This document shows, piece by piece, positions 1-9,347 of a stretch of DNA of 64,000 bases (position 1 is its first letter; each line of letters begins with the position of its first letter). Origin of the DNA: a virus (taxonomy: Duplodnaviria > Caudoviricetes). The translations under genes were made by a program, and so were the position numbers. The stretch covers positions 7,093 to 71,092 of IMG/VR virus record IMGVR_UViG_2974522809_000001. One strand, given 5' to 3'. Under the pieces are notes generated by a model. The model was not told the DNA's origin. It worked only from the letters and a program-made list of their open reading frames with translations, and ran no database searches.

Positions 1-1545
1 GGCCAGGCCCAGCTGATCAAGCGCGCCGCCGAGTGCCTTACCGTGCCGGGTGAGCATCGCATCTGCCTGCTGGACCAGGGCCAGAAGAACCCCGACGGCA
101 GCGTCCGGCACAACTGGTACGTCGTCACCAACGACGAGGTGAAGAACAAGGGCGGCGGCAAGACCGATATCGAGCTGCCTGACGGCTCCATCCACGAGTT
201 CAACAAGAACCGCGACGTGATGTTCCGCGTGTGGAACCCGCGCCCGCGCCGGGCCAAGGAGCCCGACAGCCCCGTGCGCGCCTGCCTGGATAGCCTGCGC
301 GAAATCATCCGCACCACCAAGAAGATTCGCAACGCCAGCAAGAGCCGCCTGATCGGTAACGGCGTGGTGTTCCTGCCGCAGGAACTCAGCCTGCCCAGCG
401 CCAACGCGCCGACGGCCGACAACCAGCCCGGCGCGCCGGTACCGGTGGTCACGGGCGTGCCCGCCGCCGATGAGCTGTCCAACCTGCTGTTCCAGACGGC
501 AGCGGCGGCAGTCGATGACGAGGACAGCCAGGCGGCGCTGATCCCACTGCTGGCCACTGTGCCCGGCGAACACCTCCAGAAGATTTTCCACCTCAAGATC
601 GGCAACGAAATCACCGAGGTGGAAATCAAGACGCGCAACGACGCCATCGCGCGCCTGGCCATGGGCCTGGACGTGAGCCCTGAGCGCCTGCTGGGCCTGG
701 GCGGGTCGACCAACCATTGGAGCGCCTGGCAGATCGGTGACGAGGACGTGCAGCTGCACATCAAGCCCGTCATGGAGGTGCTGTGCGCGGCCATCTACCG
801 CGAGGTGCTGGTGGCCACCTTGAAGGACGAAGGCATCGACCCCGACAAGTACGTGCTCTGGTATGACGCCAGCGGGCTCACGGTGGACCCCGACAAGACC
901 GACGAGGCCACCGCCGCCAAGGAGCAGGGCGCGATCACCCACGAGGCTTACCGCCGCTACCTGGGCCTGGCCGACGACGACGGTTACGACCTGGAGACCC
1001 TGGAGGGCGCGCAGGCGTGGGCGCGCGATGCCATCGTCGCGGACCCCACGCTCATCACCACGCTGGCCCCGCTGCTGGAGGGCACCGACCTGGGCGAAAT
1101 CGAGTTCCCCACGCCGCAGCCTGCGCTGCCGCCGGGCGAGGAAGAGGCCCCGCCCGAGGAGGACACCACCGGCAGCGAGCCCAACACCGAGAACGAGGCC
1201 GAGGCCGCAGCCCGCACCAGCAGCGTGGCCGACATGGTGCTGGCCGAACGTCTGCTCACCACGCGGGCGCTGGGCCTGGCGGGCAAGCGCCGCGTCAACG
1301 TGCGCGACAGCGCCCAGAAGGCCCGCCTGGCGGGCATCGCCCCGCACGACTACCACCGCGTGATGGGACCAGTGGCCGACGCCGACATCCCACGGCTCAT
1401 CAACGGATGGGACGAGGGCCTGGAAGAGGAGGCCCTGGCACTGCTCGGTATCGACAGCGAGCGCACCGAGGCGCTGCGCCGCACCGTGCGCGCCCAGGTA
1501 CGGCGTGAGTTGACACAGCCGGTAATCGACGCGGAGGTGGGCTGA
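1..1545 (+). CDS. Portal protein (5' truncated by window edge)
   Basis: Frame 1 is open from base 1 to TGA at 1543-1545. It has portal-like content (RLAMGLDVSPERLLGLG, NHWSAW) and sits directly before the head maturation gene. Confidence 0.85.
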   Translation, partial: GQAQLIKRAAECLTVPGEHRICLLDQGQKNPDGSVRHNWYVVTNDEVKNKGGGKTDIELPDGSIHEFNKNRDVMFRVWNPRPRRAKEPDSPVRACLDSLREIIRTTKKIRNASKSRLIGNGVVFLPQELSLPSANAPTADNQPGAPVPVVTGVPAADELSNLLFQTAAAAVDDEDSQAALIPLLATVPGEHLQKIFHLKIGNEITEVEIKTRNDAIARLAMGLDVSPERLLGLGGSTNHWSAWQIGDEDVQLHIKPVMEVLCAAIYREVLVATLKDEGIDPDKYVLWYDASGLTVDPDKTDEATAAKEQGAITHEAYRRYLGLADDDGYDLETLEGAQAWARDAIVADPTLITTLAPLLEGTDLGEIEFPTPQPALPPGEEEAPPEEDTTGSEPNTENEAEAAARTSSVADMVLAERLLTTRALGLAGKRRVNVRDSAQKARLAGIAPHDYHRVMGPVADADIPRLINGWDEGLEEEALALLGIDSERTEALRRTVRAQVRRELTQPVIDAEVG

Positions 1546-4052
1546 TGTGGCCGCTGCCTGGTGAGGCCCTGAACCGGACCATTGAGGTGGAGGCCGGTAT
1601 TACCGACCTGTATGCCGAGGTGCTGAACACCTGGTGTGTCCAGGCCCGCGCTGCTGTTCTGCCGGAACTGGCCACCAGCGAAAACGACGTTCTCACTGCT
1701 GCTGGAAGTTTGCCTCCAGAACCGGGTGGGATAGATGAAACTGCCGGGTTCTGGGATCAACACTCGACTGAGTTGATCCTAGCAGGTATGTCAAATTTGT
1801 ACGCATTGTCGCTGGTAGAAGGCATGGAAGGGATGGAAATCCCCTTGCCTGATATTGACCTGACAGGCCGGAAAGCCCAGGTCATCCCGCCTGCGGTGAT
1901 GCGCTCCATTACTTCGACAAGCTCAGTAGCTGAGGCTGACATCCAGCGGGCTGCGGACATCGTGGAAAGCGTGCCGGAGCTGCGCCAGGCCCGCGACGAC
2001 TTCGTGGCGGCGCAGCGGCCGGACGTGGTGGCGGTGCCCAAGGTGGTGCAGGCCAAGGTCCAGGCGGCGGTGAGCGGCGTCAAGTTCGACGCCATGCAGT
2101 ACGACCCCATGCACACCGACGACAACGTGTCCGTGATCGAGGTCTACGTCACCCGCCAGCGCGAGGCAGCGGCGGCGGTGCTCACGCCCGGCAGCCCCGA
2201 GCTGCGCGACGTGGCCCGCAACGAGGGCTACCAGGCGGCGGGTATCCAGAACGCGGCGGTGGTGGTCGCGGCGGCGCAGTCCGAGGACGAGCTGGAGAAG
2301 GTGTGGATCGCCACTATCGACGGCAAGACCCGGCATACGCACTTCGCCGCCGACGGCCAGCGCGCACCCCTGGCCGGTAAGTTCACGGTCGGTGCCGCGC
2401 TGCTGGACTTTCCTGCGGATCCCGCTGGCCCGGCGGCAGAGGTCAAGAACTGCCGCTGCCGGGTCGGCATCCTGGCACCGGACGAGGAGCTGCCCGATGA
2501 GGTCGACCGCCACACTGAGCGTCTTGCCGGACGCGACTCGACAGCGCGCAATCGCAGCGGATCGCAGTCTGACGAGGTACGGCGGCGCGCCGCTGACGGC
2601 ACCATCCGCGCCCGTGATGACGAGGACGGTATCGGACGCACCGCCAGCGCCGCCCCGAGTGAACAGGAGTACGACATGCCCCGCGAGCAGGTAGTCAACA
2701 CCGAGCAGGGCGGCAGCACTGTCGTCCTGGCGACCGACGAGACCGAGGCCGAGACCTTCCGCGTCTTTACCGACCAGCCCATTGCGTTCGTCGGCATCGA
2801 GACCAGCGACGGCCGGATGCTGGCCAAGGACATCGAGTTCAGCGTGCGCACCCCGCCGCTTCCGATGATGTGGACCAAGCAGACCGGCTATGGCCACGAG
2901 GACGCCTTCACGGTGGGCGTCATCGAGAGCGCCCGCGTGGACGGCGACACCATCCGTGGGTCGGGCTACTGGCTCAACACCACCGAGGCCGACGAGGCGT
3001 TCAACGAGGCCAGCCACAAGGTGAGCCGCCCCAGCGTCGACCTGGCCCGCACCGAGTGGAAGCTGACCGACGAGGACGGCAACGAAATCACCGAGGAGCA
3101 GTGGTGGGATATGCCCATCGACGCCAAGGTGATTCAGACCATTACGGCAGCCGAGCTGATTGGCACCACCATGGTTGCCACCCCGGCCTTCGGCGACACG
3201 ATGATCGAGTTCACCGGGGAGCGCGAGAGCCGGGATGCCGCCCTGGTGGCCAGCGCCGCCGAGGCTTTCCGGCCGCGCGTGTACGCCGCGTCCATGTTCG
3301 CTGACCCGCAGCTGTCCGGCCCGACGCTGCCCACCATGGACCCCGAGACGGGGCACATGTTCGGTCACCTGGCGTGCTTTGGTGCCTGCCACCGCAGCAT
3401 CCAGAGCGAGTGCGTGGTGGCCCCGCGCAGCCGCACTGGCTACAGCATGTTCCACACCAGCCCGGCCGTGCGCCTGGACGACGGCACCAGCCTGCCGGTG
3501 GGGCGGCTCACCGTGGGCAGTGGCCACGCGCCTGACCACGTGAGCGGCCAGGTAGCAGCGGCGCACTACGACACCGCCGGTACCTGCTTCGCGCTGGTGC
3601 GCGTGGGCGAGGACAAGCACGGCATCTGGTTCAGCGGCGTGGCCGCGCCCTGGGCCACGCCCGAGCAGATCGAAATGGGCCTGTCCGCGCCGCTGTCCGG
3701 CGACTGGCGGGACTTCGGCCAGGGCCTGGAGCTGGTGGCAGCGCTGGCCGTCAACACGCCCGGCTTCGCCGTGCGTGGCCGCGAGGGCGACCAGGGCCAG
3801 CCGCTGGCGTTGGTGGCCAGCCTGGGTCCGAACCCGCGTGGTGCGGCGACCCGTGGCGGTAATGCCCTGAGCGCCAACGCCATTGCCGACATCGTGAGCA
3901 AGGCGGTAACCACCGCCCTGGCCCAGCGCGACACCGACGCCGAGCTGGCCACCCTGCTGGCCAAGGCCGACGAGAAGCTGGGGCCGATGCCCACCCCGAA
4001 CGACGAGGTGGCCGAGCTGCTGGCCGAGGCCGACGCCAAGGCAGGTGCATGA
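1545..4052 (+). CDS. MuF-like minor head protein / capsid maturation protease fusion
   Basis: 835 aa. MuF-type motifs (KVWIATIDGKTRHTH, PGP..EVKNCRC) are followed by a protease-like region (GIETSDGR, PAFGDT). Located between portal and capsid. Confidence 0.8.
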   Translation: MWPLPGEALNRTIEVEAGITDLYAEVLNTWCVQARAAVLPELATSENDVLTAAGSLPPEPGGIDETAGFWDQHSTELILAGMSNLYALSLVEGMEGMEIPLPDIDLTGRKAQVIPPAVMRSITSTSSVAEADIQRAADIVESVPELRQARDDFVAAQRPDVVAVPKVVQAKVQAAVSGVKFDAMQYDPMHTDDNVSVIEVYVTRQREAAAAVLTPGSPELRDVARNEGYQAAGIQNAAVVVAAAQSEDELEKVWIATIDGKTRHTHFAADGQRAPLAGKFTVGAALLDFPADPAGPAAEVKNCRCRVGILAPDEELPDEVDRHTERLAGRDSTARNRSGSQSDEVRRRAADGTIRARDDEDGIGRTASAAPSEQEYDMPREQVVNTEQGGSTVVLATDETEAETFRVFTDQPIAFVGIETSDGRMLAKDIEFSVRTPPLPMMWTKQTGYGHEDAFTVGVIESARVDGDTIRGSGYWLNTTEADEAFNEASHKVSRPSVDLARTEWKLTDEDGNEITEEQWWDMPIDAKVIQTITAAELIGTTMVATPAFGDTMIEFTGERESRDAALVASAAEAFRPRVYAASMFADPQLSGPTLPTMDPETGHMFGHLACFGACHRSIQSECVVAPRSRTGYSMFHTSPAVRLDDGTSLPVGRLTVGSGHAPDHVSGQVAAAHYDTAGTCFALVRVGEDKHGIWFSGVAAPWATPEQIEMGLSAPLSGDWRDFGQGLELVAALAVNTPGFAVRGREGDQGQPLALVASLGPNPRGAATRGGNALSANAIADIVSKAVTTALAQRDTDAELATLLAKADEKLGPMPTPNDEVAELLAEADAKAGA

Positions 4053-4273
4053 TGTGCGGCTGCAATGGCGGTGCGGGCAGCGGCAGCCGCAACGACACCA
4101 TCGGCTACTACGTGGTGCTGCCGGGCGGCGACGTGCTGCCCGCTGGCGTGAACCCCGCCGACCCCGACGCCGGAGAGCCGCCGTACGCCTTCTACCAGGA
4201 GGCGCACAACCAGGTCGTGCTCAACGGCGGCGGCACCGTGCGGCGGCTGCGCAAGCAGCCAGCCACCACGTGA
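4049..4273 (+). CDS. Small hypothetical protein (MMCGCNGG...)
   Basis: 74 aa, ATGA overlap with the upstream stop, phage-like codon usage. Confidence 0.7.
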   Translation: MMCGCNGGAGSGSRNDTIGYYVVLPGGDVLPAGVNPADPDAGEPPYAFYQEAHNQVVLNGGGTVRRLRKQPATT

Positions 4274-4383
4274 TTGCACGCCCGTCGTCTACGTTTCATC
4301 ACCAGAGAGTTCCCGCCCGAGTTATGTACCGGGGGACGATCACCGAGAACCATATTGGCGCTGCTTGAGACAAGGAGTTCGCA

Positions 4384-6162
4384 GTGTTCGTCTCCCCTGC
4401 TCCCCGCTACGGCGCGAGCACCCGTAAGGTTGGCCAGTTTGCGCACCAGATGCCGCAGACGCTGCCTGAGACCGCCGCCGAGCTGGCCGCGCTGATCGAA
4501 GGTGCCCAGGCCGACATCAACGAAATCCGTGCCCGCCACGCGGCCGGTGAAACGCTGACGGGCGCTGACGCGACCCGCCTGCGTTCGCTGCTCGGTGACG
4601 TGGACACCCTCACCGCCGCGCACGCCACCGCCGTGCTGGCCGAGCCCGCCGATGCCGACGAGGTGGCCGGTCTGCTCAGCCAGGCCGACGCCGGTACCGC
4701 AGCCCCCGAGGCCCCGGCCGACGAGGCACCCGAGACCCCCGAGGGCGATGCCGGTGGCACCGCACCCGAGGCCCCGGCCGACGCTCCGCAGGTGCCGGTC
4801 GCTGCCAGTGGCCAGCCCGCTCCGGTGACCAACGGCACCCGCCCGGTCACCTTCGGTGCGGCGGTCACCGGTGCCGAGCCCGAGACCCCCGAGGGCGACA
4901 CCCCGACGCCGGGCTGGGTCATGCAGCCGGGCATCCCCGGCTACCAGCCGAACGCCCGCGTTGGCTTCGCGCAGCTGGCCAAGCAGCTCGACACCATCCG
5001 GCCGGGCAGCCGGTCGGTGCGGGGCAACCGGCCCGACAAGTACATGGACGGGCAGTCGTTCAGTGCGCAGGTGGTGTCGGCCCTGACCCGTGACGTGGAG
5101 GTCGTTGACGACCCGCACGCCCTGGTCGCGGCCATCAACAAGGCCACCAGCCTGGTCAAGGGCGAGCGCGTCACCGCGCAGTCGCTCACGGCTGCCGGTG
5201 GCTGGTGCGCCCCGTCCGAGCAGCTGTACGACTTCTGCGACGTGCCGGACGCCACCGACCTGCTCAGCCTGCCGGAAATCACCATCAACCGTGGTGGTAT
5301 CCGCTGGCCGCGCGAACCTGATCTGTCCGGCATCTTCGAGGACTTCGAGTGGTTCTTCACCGAGCCCGAGCTGGAGGCCACCGACCCGGTGACCGGCGCT
5401 CCCACTGCCGTCAAGCAGTGCGTCGAAATCCCGTGCCCCGAGGACTTTGACGAAATCCGGCTCAACGCTGTTGGCTGGTGCGTCGAGGCTGGCATCCTCC
5501 AGGAGCAGGGCTGGCCGGAGCTGATCGAGTGGTTCATGCGCTCGCTCACGCAGGAGCACCTGCGGGCGCTGTCTCGCCGGTCCATCCTGAACATCGTGGC
5601 GGGCTCCGGTGCCGCCAAGGTGATCCCGCCCGCCAGCGTGCTGGGGTCGGTTGCGTCGGTGCTCAACAGCCTGGCGCTGGTGGCCACCAACATCCGGCTC
5701 AAGCGGGGTCTCTCGCGTACCGCGACCATTGAGGGCATCGCCCCGAGCTGGTTCTTCGAGGTGCTGCGTGCCGACCTGGCGTTCCGCGAGGGCACGGACA
5801 CCTTCGCGGTGACCGACGCCCAGATTCTGGGGTGGCTCACGGCGCGCAACATCGCGCTCCAGTTCGTGGGCGACTGGCAGACTCGCGCGGCTGGTCTGCC
5901 GGGCCACATGGACACGCTCAAGTGGCCCACCACGGTGGACATCGTCATGTACCCGGCCGGTACCTGGTTCCGTTCGATGAGCAACGTCATCGAGCTGGGC
6001 GTCATGTACCCCAAGGAACAGCTCCAGGTGAACCGCTTCACCCGCATGTTCACGGAGGACGCCATCGCCGTGGGCAAGCGCTGCGGCGAGTCGGCGCTGG
6101 TGCGTGTGCCGCTGGACGTCAACGGTGCCGTCGGCATCCGCGACACGGCCAGCAACGCATAA
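4384..6162 (+). CDS. Major capsid protein (hexamer type) with acidic Pro/Ala N-terminal scaffold-like region
   Basis: 592 aa, AAGGAG RBS before GTG, very strong codon bias, TAAGGWCAPS motif, position after the protease. Confidence 0.85.
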   Translation: MFVSPAPRYGASTRKVGQFAHQMPQTLPETAAELAALIEGAQADINEIRARHAAGETLTGADATRLRSLLGDVDTLTAAHATAVLAEPADADEVAGLLSQADAGTAAPEAPADEAPETPEGDAGGTAPEAPADAPQVPVAASGQPAPVTNGTRPVTFGAAVTGAEPETPEGDTPTPGWVMQPGIPGYQPNARVGFAQLAKQLDTIRPGSRSVRGNRPDKYMDGQSFSAQVVSALTRDVEVVDDPHALVAAINKATSLVKGERVTAQSLTAAGGWCAPSEQLYDFCDVPDATDLLSLPEITINRGGIRWPREPDLSGIFEDFEWFFTEPELEATDPVTGAPTAVKQCVEIPCPEDFDEIRLNAVGWCVEAGILQEQGWPELIEWFMRSLTQEHLRALSRRSILNIVAGSGAAKVIPPASVLGSVASVLNSLALVATNIRLKRGLSRTATIEGIAPSWFFEVLRADLAFREGTDTFAVTDAQILGWLTARNIALQFVGDWQTRAAGLPGHMDTLKWPTTVDIVMYPAGTWFRSMSNVIELGVMYPKEQLQVNRFTRMFTEDAIAVGKRCGESALVRVPLDVNGAVGIRDTASNA

Positions 6163-6182
6163 GGCTGGCAGCACGTCAGACT

Positions 6183-6231
6183 GAGGGCGGGCAGAGTGGA
6201 CAACCCGAGGCCGTCCGCTCAGCCCGCCCTC
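6183..6231 (+). terminator. Long GC hairpin between the two capsid genes (attenuator/terminator or RNA-stabilising element)
   Basis: GAGGGCGGGC-A-GAGTGGAC / GTCCGCTC-A-GCCCGCCCTC gives 18 bp with one A.A mismatch and one G.U. No U-tract. Confidence 0.6.
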
Positions 6232-6253
6232 TCTCGTCCCATCAGGAGGACCA

Positions 6254-7048
6254 ATGACCACCCCCGTCGCTGACGTGATTGACGTTGTGCACTTCACGCC
6301 GCCGCCGCTCAACCCGACCACGTTCGGGCTGTATGGCGCGGTCGGCACCTGGCAGACCGACCCCGACAACCGCTGGCATCACGGCGTGGAGTTCCGCAGT
6401 GCGGGCAACTACGGCGGCGAGGGCAGCTTCGGCATCTGGAACGCGCCGTGGTGCGGCACGCCGGACCCGGCTGACCAGAAGAAGGAAGGCGAGCGGCCGG
6501 ACAACCTGGACCCGTTCTACCCCGTGACGGTCTGGGCGTACGACGAGTGCGACCTGACCGCGCCCAGCCGGGCCGAGGTGGAGGCCCGCGCCGCCCAGGT
6601 GCTGCGCCTGGAGGAGCAGGTGGCTGTGGAGCGGGAGTTCGCCGCGCGGATGCTGCTTGACGCTGCCGACCTGGAAACGCCCATCCCCACCGCCGCCAGC
6701 CTGGCGCTGGCCGTGGGTGCCCTGGAGGGCGCGGCGGCGCTGACCAACACGCAGGTGTATTTCCACATCGGCGCGCAGTGGGTCAGCCAGGACACGGACC
6801 TCTTCAAGAAGTCCGGCACCACCTGGACCAGCCCGCTGGGCAATATCTGGGTGGTCGGCGGCGGGTACGTCGATGGCCTGGAGGACACCATCGTGGCGAC
6901 CAGCCAGCCCTTCGGCTGGCGCGACGAGGCCACCGTGCGCACCGCCATTGACGAGAAGCACAACCTGTTCGCTGCCGTGGCCGAGCGTAGCGTCCTGGTT
7001 GGATACGAGGCGGTCATTGCCGCTGTGACCATCACGCCCACCCCGTAA
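6254..7048 (+). CDS. Second capsid protein (putative pentamer/minor capsid)
   Basis: 264 aa, AGGAGG RBS, follows the major capsid as in Cluster B-type phages. Confidence 0.65.
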   Translation: MTTPVADVIDVVHFTPPPLNPTTFGLYGAVGTWQTDPDNRWHHGVEFRSAGNYGGEGSFGIWNAPWCGTPDPADQKKEGERPDNLDPFYPVTVWAYDECDLTAPSRAEVEARAAQVLRLEEQVAVEREFAARMLLDAADLETPIPTAASLALAVGALEGAAALTNTQVYFHIGAQWVSQDTDLFKKSGTTWTSPLGNIWVVGGGYVDGLEDTIVATSQPFGWRDEATVRTAIDEKHNLFAAVAERSVLVGYEAVIAAVTITPTP

Positions 7049-7058
7049 GGAGCACGAC

Positions 7059-7883
7059 ATGCCTGCCGGAATCATTGCCACCGTCGACAACGGGTTCGCC
7101 ACGATCGACTTCGTGGACAAGAGCCTGCGTGGCCCCGCCCTGGCCGATCTGGTCGAAATCGGCGGGCCTGCCAGCATCGAGACCATCACCCGCGATGGCC
7201 CGCGCCGCAAGTACCGCGTGCCCGCAGGCAATGCCCAGGCGGCGGGCCTGCTCGACGGCGACGAGGTCGGCGACGTGTGGTCTGCTGGACGGGACACCGG
7301 GGCGGCGGCTGCCACCAAGGCCAGCGACCCGAACGTCAACCCCGGCGCGGATAACGCCAACTGGCACACCCCGGTGGACCAGTACACCAGCGCGAACAAG
7401 TACGTCGGCCAGGTGCCGAACGCCACCGTGCTGCACAACCGGGGTCAGGTCTACACCGGGAACGCCGACAGCGTAGGCGGCGACCTCGAACACCCGCCGA
7501 CGCACGCCGACATCATCCAGCACGTCAAGGACGCCAAGACGCCGCCGACAGAGGGCTTCGCGGCACCGATGGCCCGCGCGGCGGTGGTGGCGGGCAGCCT
7601 GGCCGAGCAGGACGCCGCCCTGGGCAGCGACCCCGGCGGCTGGGGTCCGCAGCCCGGCGAGGAGGCAGCGCCAGAGGCCCCCAGTGAGCCGCAGAGCGAC
7701 GAAACGCCCACCGCCGAGGTAACTACCCCGGCCGACGCCCCCGCTTACCCTGACGGGGAGCCCACGGTGGACTGGACCCGCAAGCAGCTGGACGCCTACG
7801 CAGCCGACAAGCTGGACCTGGACACCACCAAGCTCGAAAGCAAGGCGGCTGTGGTGGCCGCAATCAACGCACCCAAGGAGTAG
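7059..7883 (+). CDS. Hypothetical virion-region protein with C-terminal HeH/LEM-like helical module
   Basis: 274 aa, AAGGAG RBS. A Pro/Glu-rich linker precedes WTRKQLDAYAADKLDLDTTKLESKAAVVAAI. Confidence 0.65.
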   Translation: MPAGIIATVDNGFATIDFVDKSLRGPALADLVEIGGPASIETITRDGPRRKYRVPAGNAQAAGLLDGDEVGDVWSAGRDTGAAAATKASDPNVNPGADNANWHTPVDQYTSANKYVGQVPNATVLHNRGQVYTGNADSVGGDLEHPPTHADIIQHVKDAKTPPTEGFAAPMARAAVVAGSLAEQDAALGSDPGGWGPQPGEEAAPEAPSEPQSDETPTAEVTTPADAPAYPDGEPTVDWTRKQLDAYAADKLDLDTTKLESKAAVVAAINAPKE

Positions 7884-7886
7884 CTG

Positions 7887-8288
7887 ATGACCGGTCATCA
7901 GACCGCACTCAGCGTTCGCGCATGGCTCCAGGCCCGTATTCCGGCCAGCTGGCGGGAGGGCTGGTACCGGCTGGCGTCGGGCCTGGTCATGTTCCTGTTC
8001 GCCTTCGGGCTGCTGACGGCCGACGCACTCACGCTCTGGCTCCAGCTGGCCGTGGCCACGGTGACGCTGCTGTTCGCCCTGCTGTACGCCACCACGCCCT
8101 GGCGGGTGGCGCTGTATGCCATCGTGGCCCCGGCGGGTGCGGTGCTGCTGTATTACGGCGTCGTGGACGATGTGCGCTGGGCGCTCATCAGCGCGGCTGT
8201 TGCCCAGGTATTCGGCATCACCACAGCAGCGGCTAAGACGGTCACCGTCGACTCCGACGGGCGAGTGGTCGGCCAGCCGGTACGGTGA
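7887..8288 (+). CDS. Putative holin (multi-pass membrane protein)
   Basis: 133 aa with about four hydrophobic segments and the FGITTAA C-terminal pattern. Confidence 0.6.
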   Translation: MTGHQTALSVRAWLQARIPASWREGWYRLASGLVMFLFAFGLLTADALTLWLQLAVATVTLLFALLYATTPWRVALYAIVAPAGAVLLYYGVVDDVRWALISAAVAQVFGITTAAAKTVTVDSDGRVVGQPVR

Positions 8289-8656
8289 CGAACCCGTGGG
8301 ACGGCCCCCGTCACCGTTCGTGGGCATCGAACACGATGCTCACGTTCGTGTTGCTGGTCGTGCTCATCATCGCCACGGTGCTCAGTGACTACTGGGGTGA
8401 ACCGCCAAACTACCTGGTGGGCCTGCTGGGCACTGCGGCCGGTGCATTCTTCGCGGCCATCGGCAGCGACAAGCAGAAGAAGGACGCCGAGGTCCGCGAG
8501 ACTGCCGAGCGCGCCGAGCGCAAGGCCGACGCCGTGGGGCGCGTTACCGCCGCCGAGCACCCCGACAAGGTCACCGAGATCACGCCGCCGTTTGAACCCG
8601 AGGACGTTGGCGGAAGTAAGGGGGACAAGGATGGTGGGGGCGGTGGACCACGGTGA
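8285..8656 (+). CDS. Membrane protein (2 TM plus charged C-terminal tail)
   Basis: GTGA overlap. Hydrophobic segments MLTFVLLVVLIIATVL and YLVGLLGTAAGAFFAAIG. Confidence 0.7.
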   Translation: MTNPWDGPRHRSWASNTMLTFVLLVVLIIATVLSDYWGEPPNYLVGLLGTAAGAFFAAIGSDKQKKDAEVRETAERAERKADAVGRVTAAEHPDKVTEITPPFEPEDVGGSKGDKDGGGGGPR

Positions 8657-9264
8657 CGCCTGTACTTGAGCTGATCTACAGCTTCCCGTTTGTGACGGGG
8701 CTGCTGGTGGGCATCGCGGCTCAGCGGGTGTACGCCCATGCCATGTGTCGATACGAGAACGCACATAACCCGCTGCCCGGCGGGAGGAAGCATCACGTGG
8801 CAGGTATCAATCGCATGTGGCTGGCCGGGCTGGTGCTGCTGGCCACGCTGGGGTACGTGCTGCTCCAGACCGGCCAGACCGAGGCCAAGTACCGGGGCCT
8901 GGCCCGCGACGTGGCGCGGTGCCAGACCGAGTTCAACGCGGCGCTGCGGGCACGGTCCAACATCACCGCCGAGAACGACGAACTCAGCGTCAAGCAGCGC
9001 GATCTGCTCACCGCCCTGGACGAGGCTGCCGGGGTGCTGGTCAACCGCCAGCTGAATCCACCGTCGGCCATTGCGGCGCTGCCCATGGACGACCCCCGGC
9101 GGCTGGCCTGGAACGAGGACGTGACCCGCGTCTACTACGAGCGCACGCAGAAGCTGCGTGACCAGATCGGCGAACTGCGCCGCCAGCAGAACGATCTGCT
9201 GGAGGACCGGCGGCGGCACCCGCTGCCCGAGCCGACATGCGGCGTGCTGCCACCGGCCCGGTAG
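8653..9264 (+). CDS. Membrane protein with C-terminal coiled coil
   Basis: GTGA overlap. Two hydrophobic segments, then a long heptad-rich region. Confidence 0.7.
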   Translation: MTPVLELIYSFPFVTGLLVGIAAQRVYAHAMCRYENAHNPLPGGRKHHVAGINRMWLAGLVLLATLGYVLLQTGQTEAKYRGLARDVARCQTEFNAALRARSNITAENDELSVKQRDLLTALDEAAGVLVNRQLNPPSAIAALPMDDPRRLAWNEDVTRVYYERTQKLRDQIGELRRQQNDLLEDRRRHPLPEPTCGVLPPAR

Positions 9265-9347
9265 CTGCACCGTCGCCGCCTAATGTTTGAGCCAGCCTCG
9301 GAGACCGACCTGGCGCGCTGCGCCTGACACCAGGAGGAATACCAGAC

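Noticed and set aside
1765-1794. Perfect TTGACA on the minus strand inside the low-GC island
   Set aside because: No TANNNT follows at 17-18 nt (TCAGTC/CAGTCG), so it is not supported as a promoter.
4700-4900. APEAPAD / PETPEGD direct repeats in the capsid gene as a mobile or variable element
   Set aside because: They are short in-frame repeats in a low-complexity linker, which is ordinary for scaffold-like N-termini.
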